The notes under the pieces are model-generated. The model had not been told where the DNA came from. It made no database searches and worked only from the letters and a program-made list of their open reading frames with translations. This document shows, in pieces, positions 63,660-64,000 of a stretch of 64,000 nucleotides of DNA. Position numbers and translations under genes: made by a program. The number at the start of each line of letters is the position of its first letter. Positions within the stretch are counted from its first letter, which is position 1. The DNA lies in assembly GCF_963921235.1 (NCBI RefSeq), contig NC_086097.1, forward strand, positions 102,364,001 through 102,428,000, given 5' to 3'. This stretch comes from Mobula hypostoma. Lineage: Eukaryota.

Positions 63660-64000
63660 GATTAAAATAACTTTCTAATTTACAAGATCAACTGGCTGAA
63701 GAATGGCAGATGAAGCTTGATTCAGATAAATGTGAGGTATTACACTGTGATATGACAAAGCAGATAAATGGTAGGGCCCTGGAGAGTGCTGCGCAGCAGA
63801 GGTGTGCAGGTATGAAGATAGTGGCAGCACAGTTGGACAGGTTGGTGAAGGCATTTAACAGCTTTCCTTTGTTGGTTAGACTATTGAATACAGGAGTTAG
63901 GATTTCATGTTACAGCTATGCAAGGTATTGGTAAGCCACATCTGGAGAACTATGTACAGTTCTTGTCATCTTGTAATAGGAATGATATCATCAAACTTCA
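63660..64000 (+). mobile_element. Degraded CR1 fragment (cut by window edge)
   Basis: WAEEWQMK...DKCEVLH motif (ORF 63710-63934). Confidence 0.7.

Noticed and set aside
49317..64000. TMEM62 exon 6 (expected ...NHTIWFGH...SPSPGIR...)
   Set aside because: No matching sequence found by eye; the strong donor-like site near 51425-51432 has no coding similarity. The exon is probably outside the window.
1..64000. CRISPR array, prokaryotic operon or endogenous viral gene
   Set aside because: No regularly spaced repeat-spacer structure or viral/prokaryotic ORFs; recurring sequences are dispersed eukaryotic TEs.

Overview
Vertebrate genomic DNA, probably from a cartilaginous fish (shark/ray). That assignment is inferred from the CR1-dominated repeats, HE1/V-SINE-like and Deu-SINE-like elements, and TMEM62 divergence; it is not proven. 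The only host gene found is TMEM62 on the minus strand: eight coding exons (equivalent to human exons 7-14; 123, 156, 160, 114, 85, 105, 119 and 327 nt) between 49316 and the stop at 3351, all GT-AG with consistent phases. Upstream exons were not found and probably lie beyond 64000. The rest is mostly transposon debris: CR1, Rex1/Babar, L1 and RTE LINEs, tRNA-derived SINEs, Tigger/pogo and hAT-type elements, and one Tc1 element very close to Sleeping Beauty. The most interesting signals are: (i) at least eight Penelope-type terminal-repeat insertions carrying a minimal hammerhead-ribozyme motif, several arranged as TSD-flanked fold-back units; (ii) the Sleeping Beauty-like element as a horizontal-transfer candidate; (iii) two templated-insertion repair scars, one copied from 3.7 kb away; (iv) a CR1 3' end inserted antisense at the mirror position of a sister copy; (v) a four-level TE nest; (vi) non-autonomous elements sharing an RTE-like tail. 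Family assignments rely on motifs recalled from memory, and boundaries of degraded repeats are approximate.
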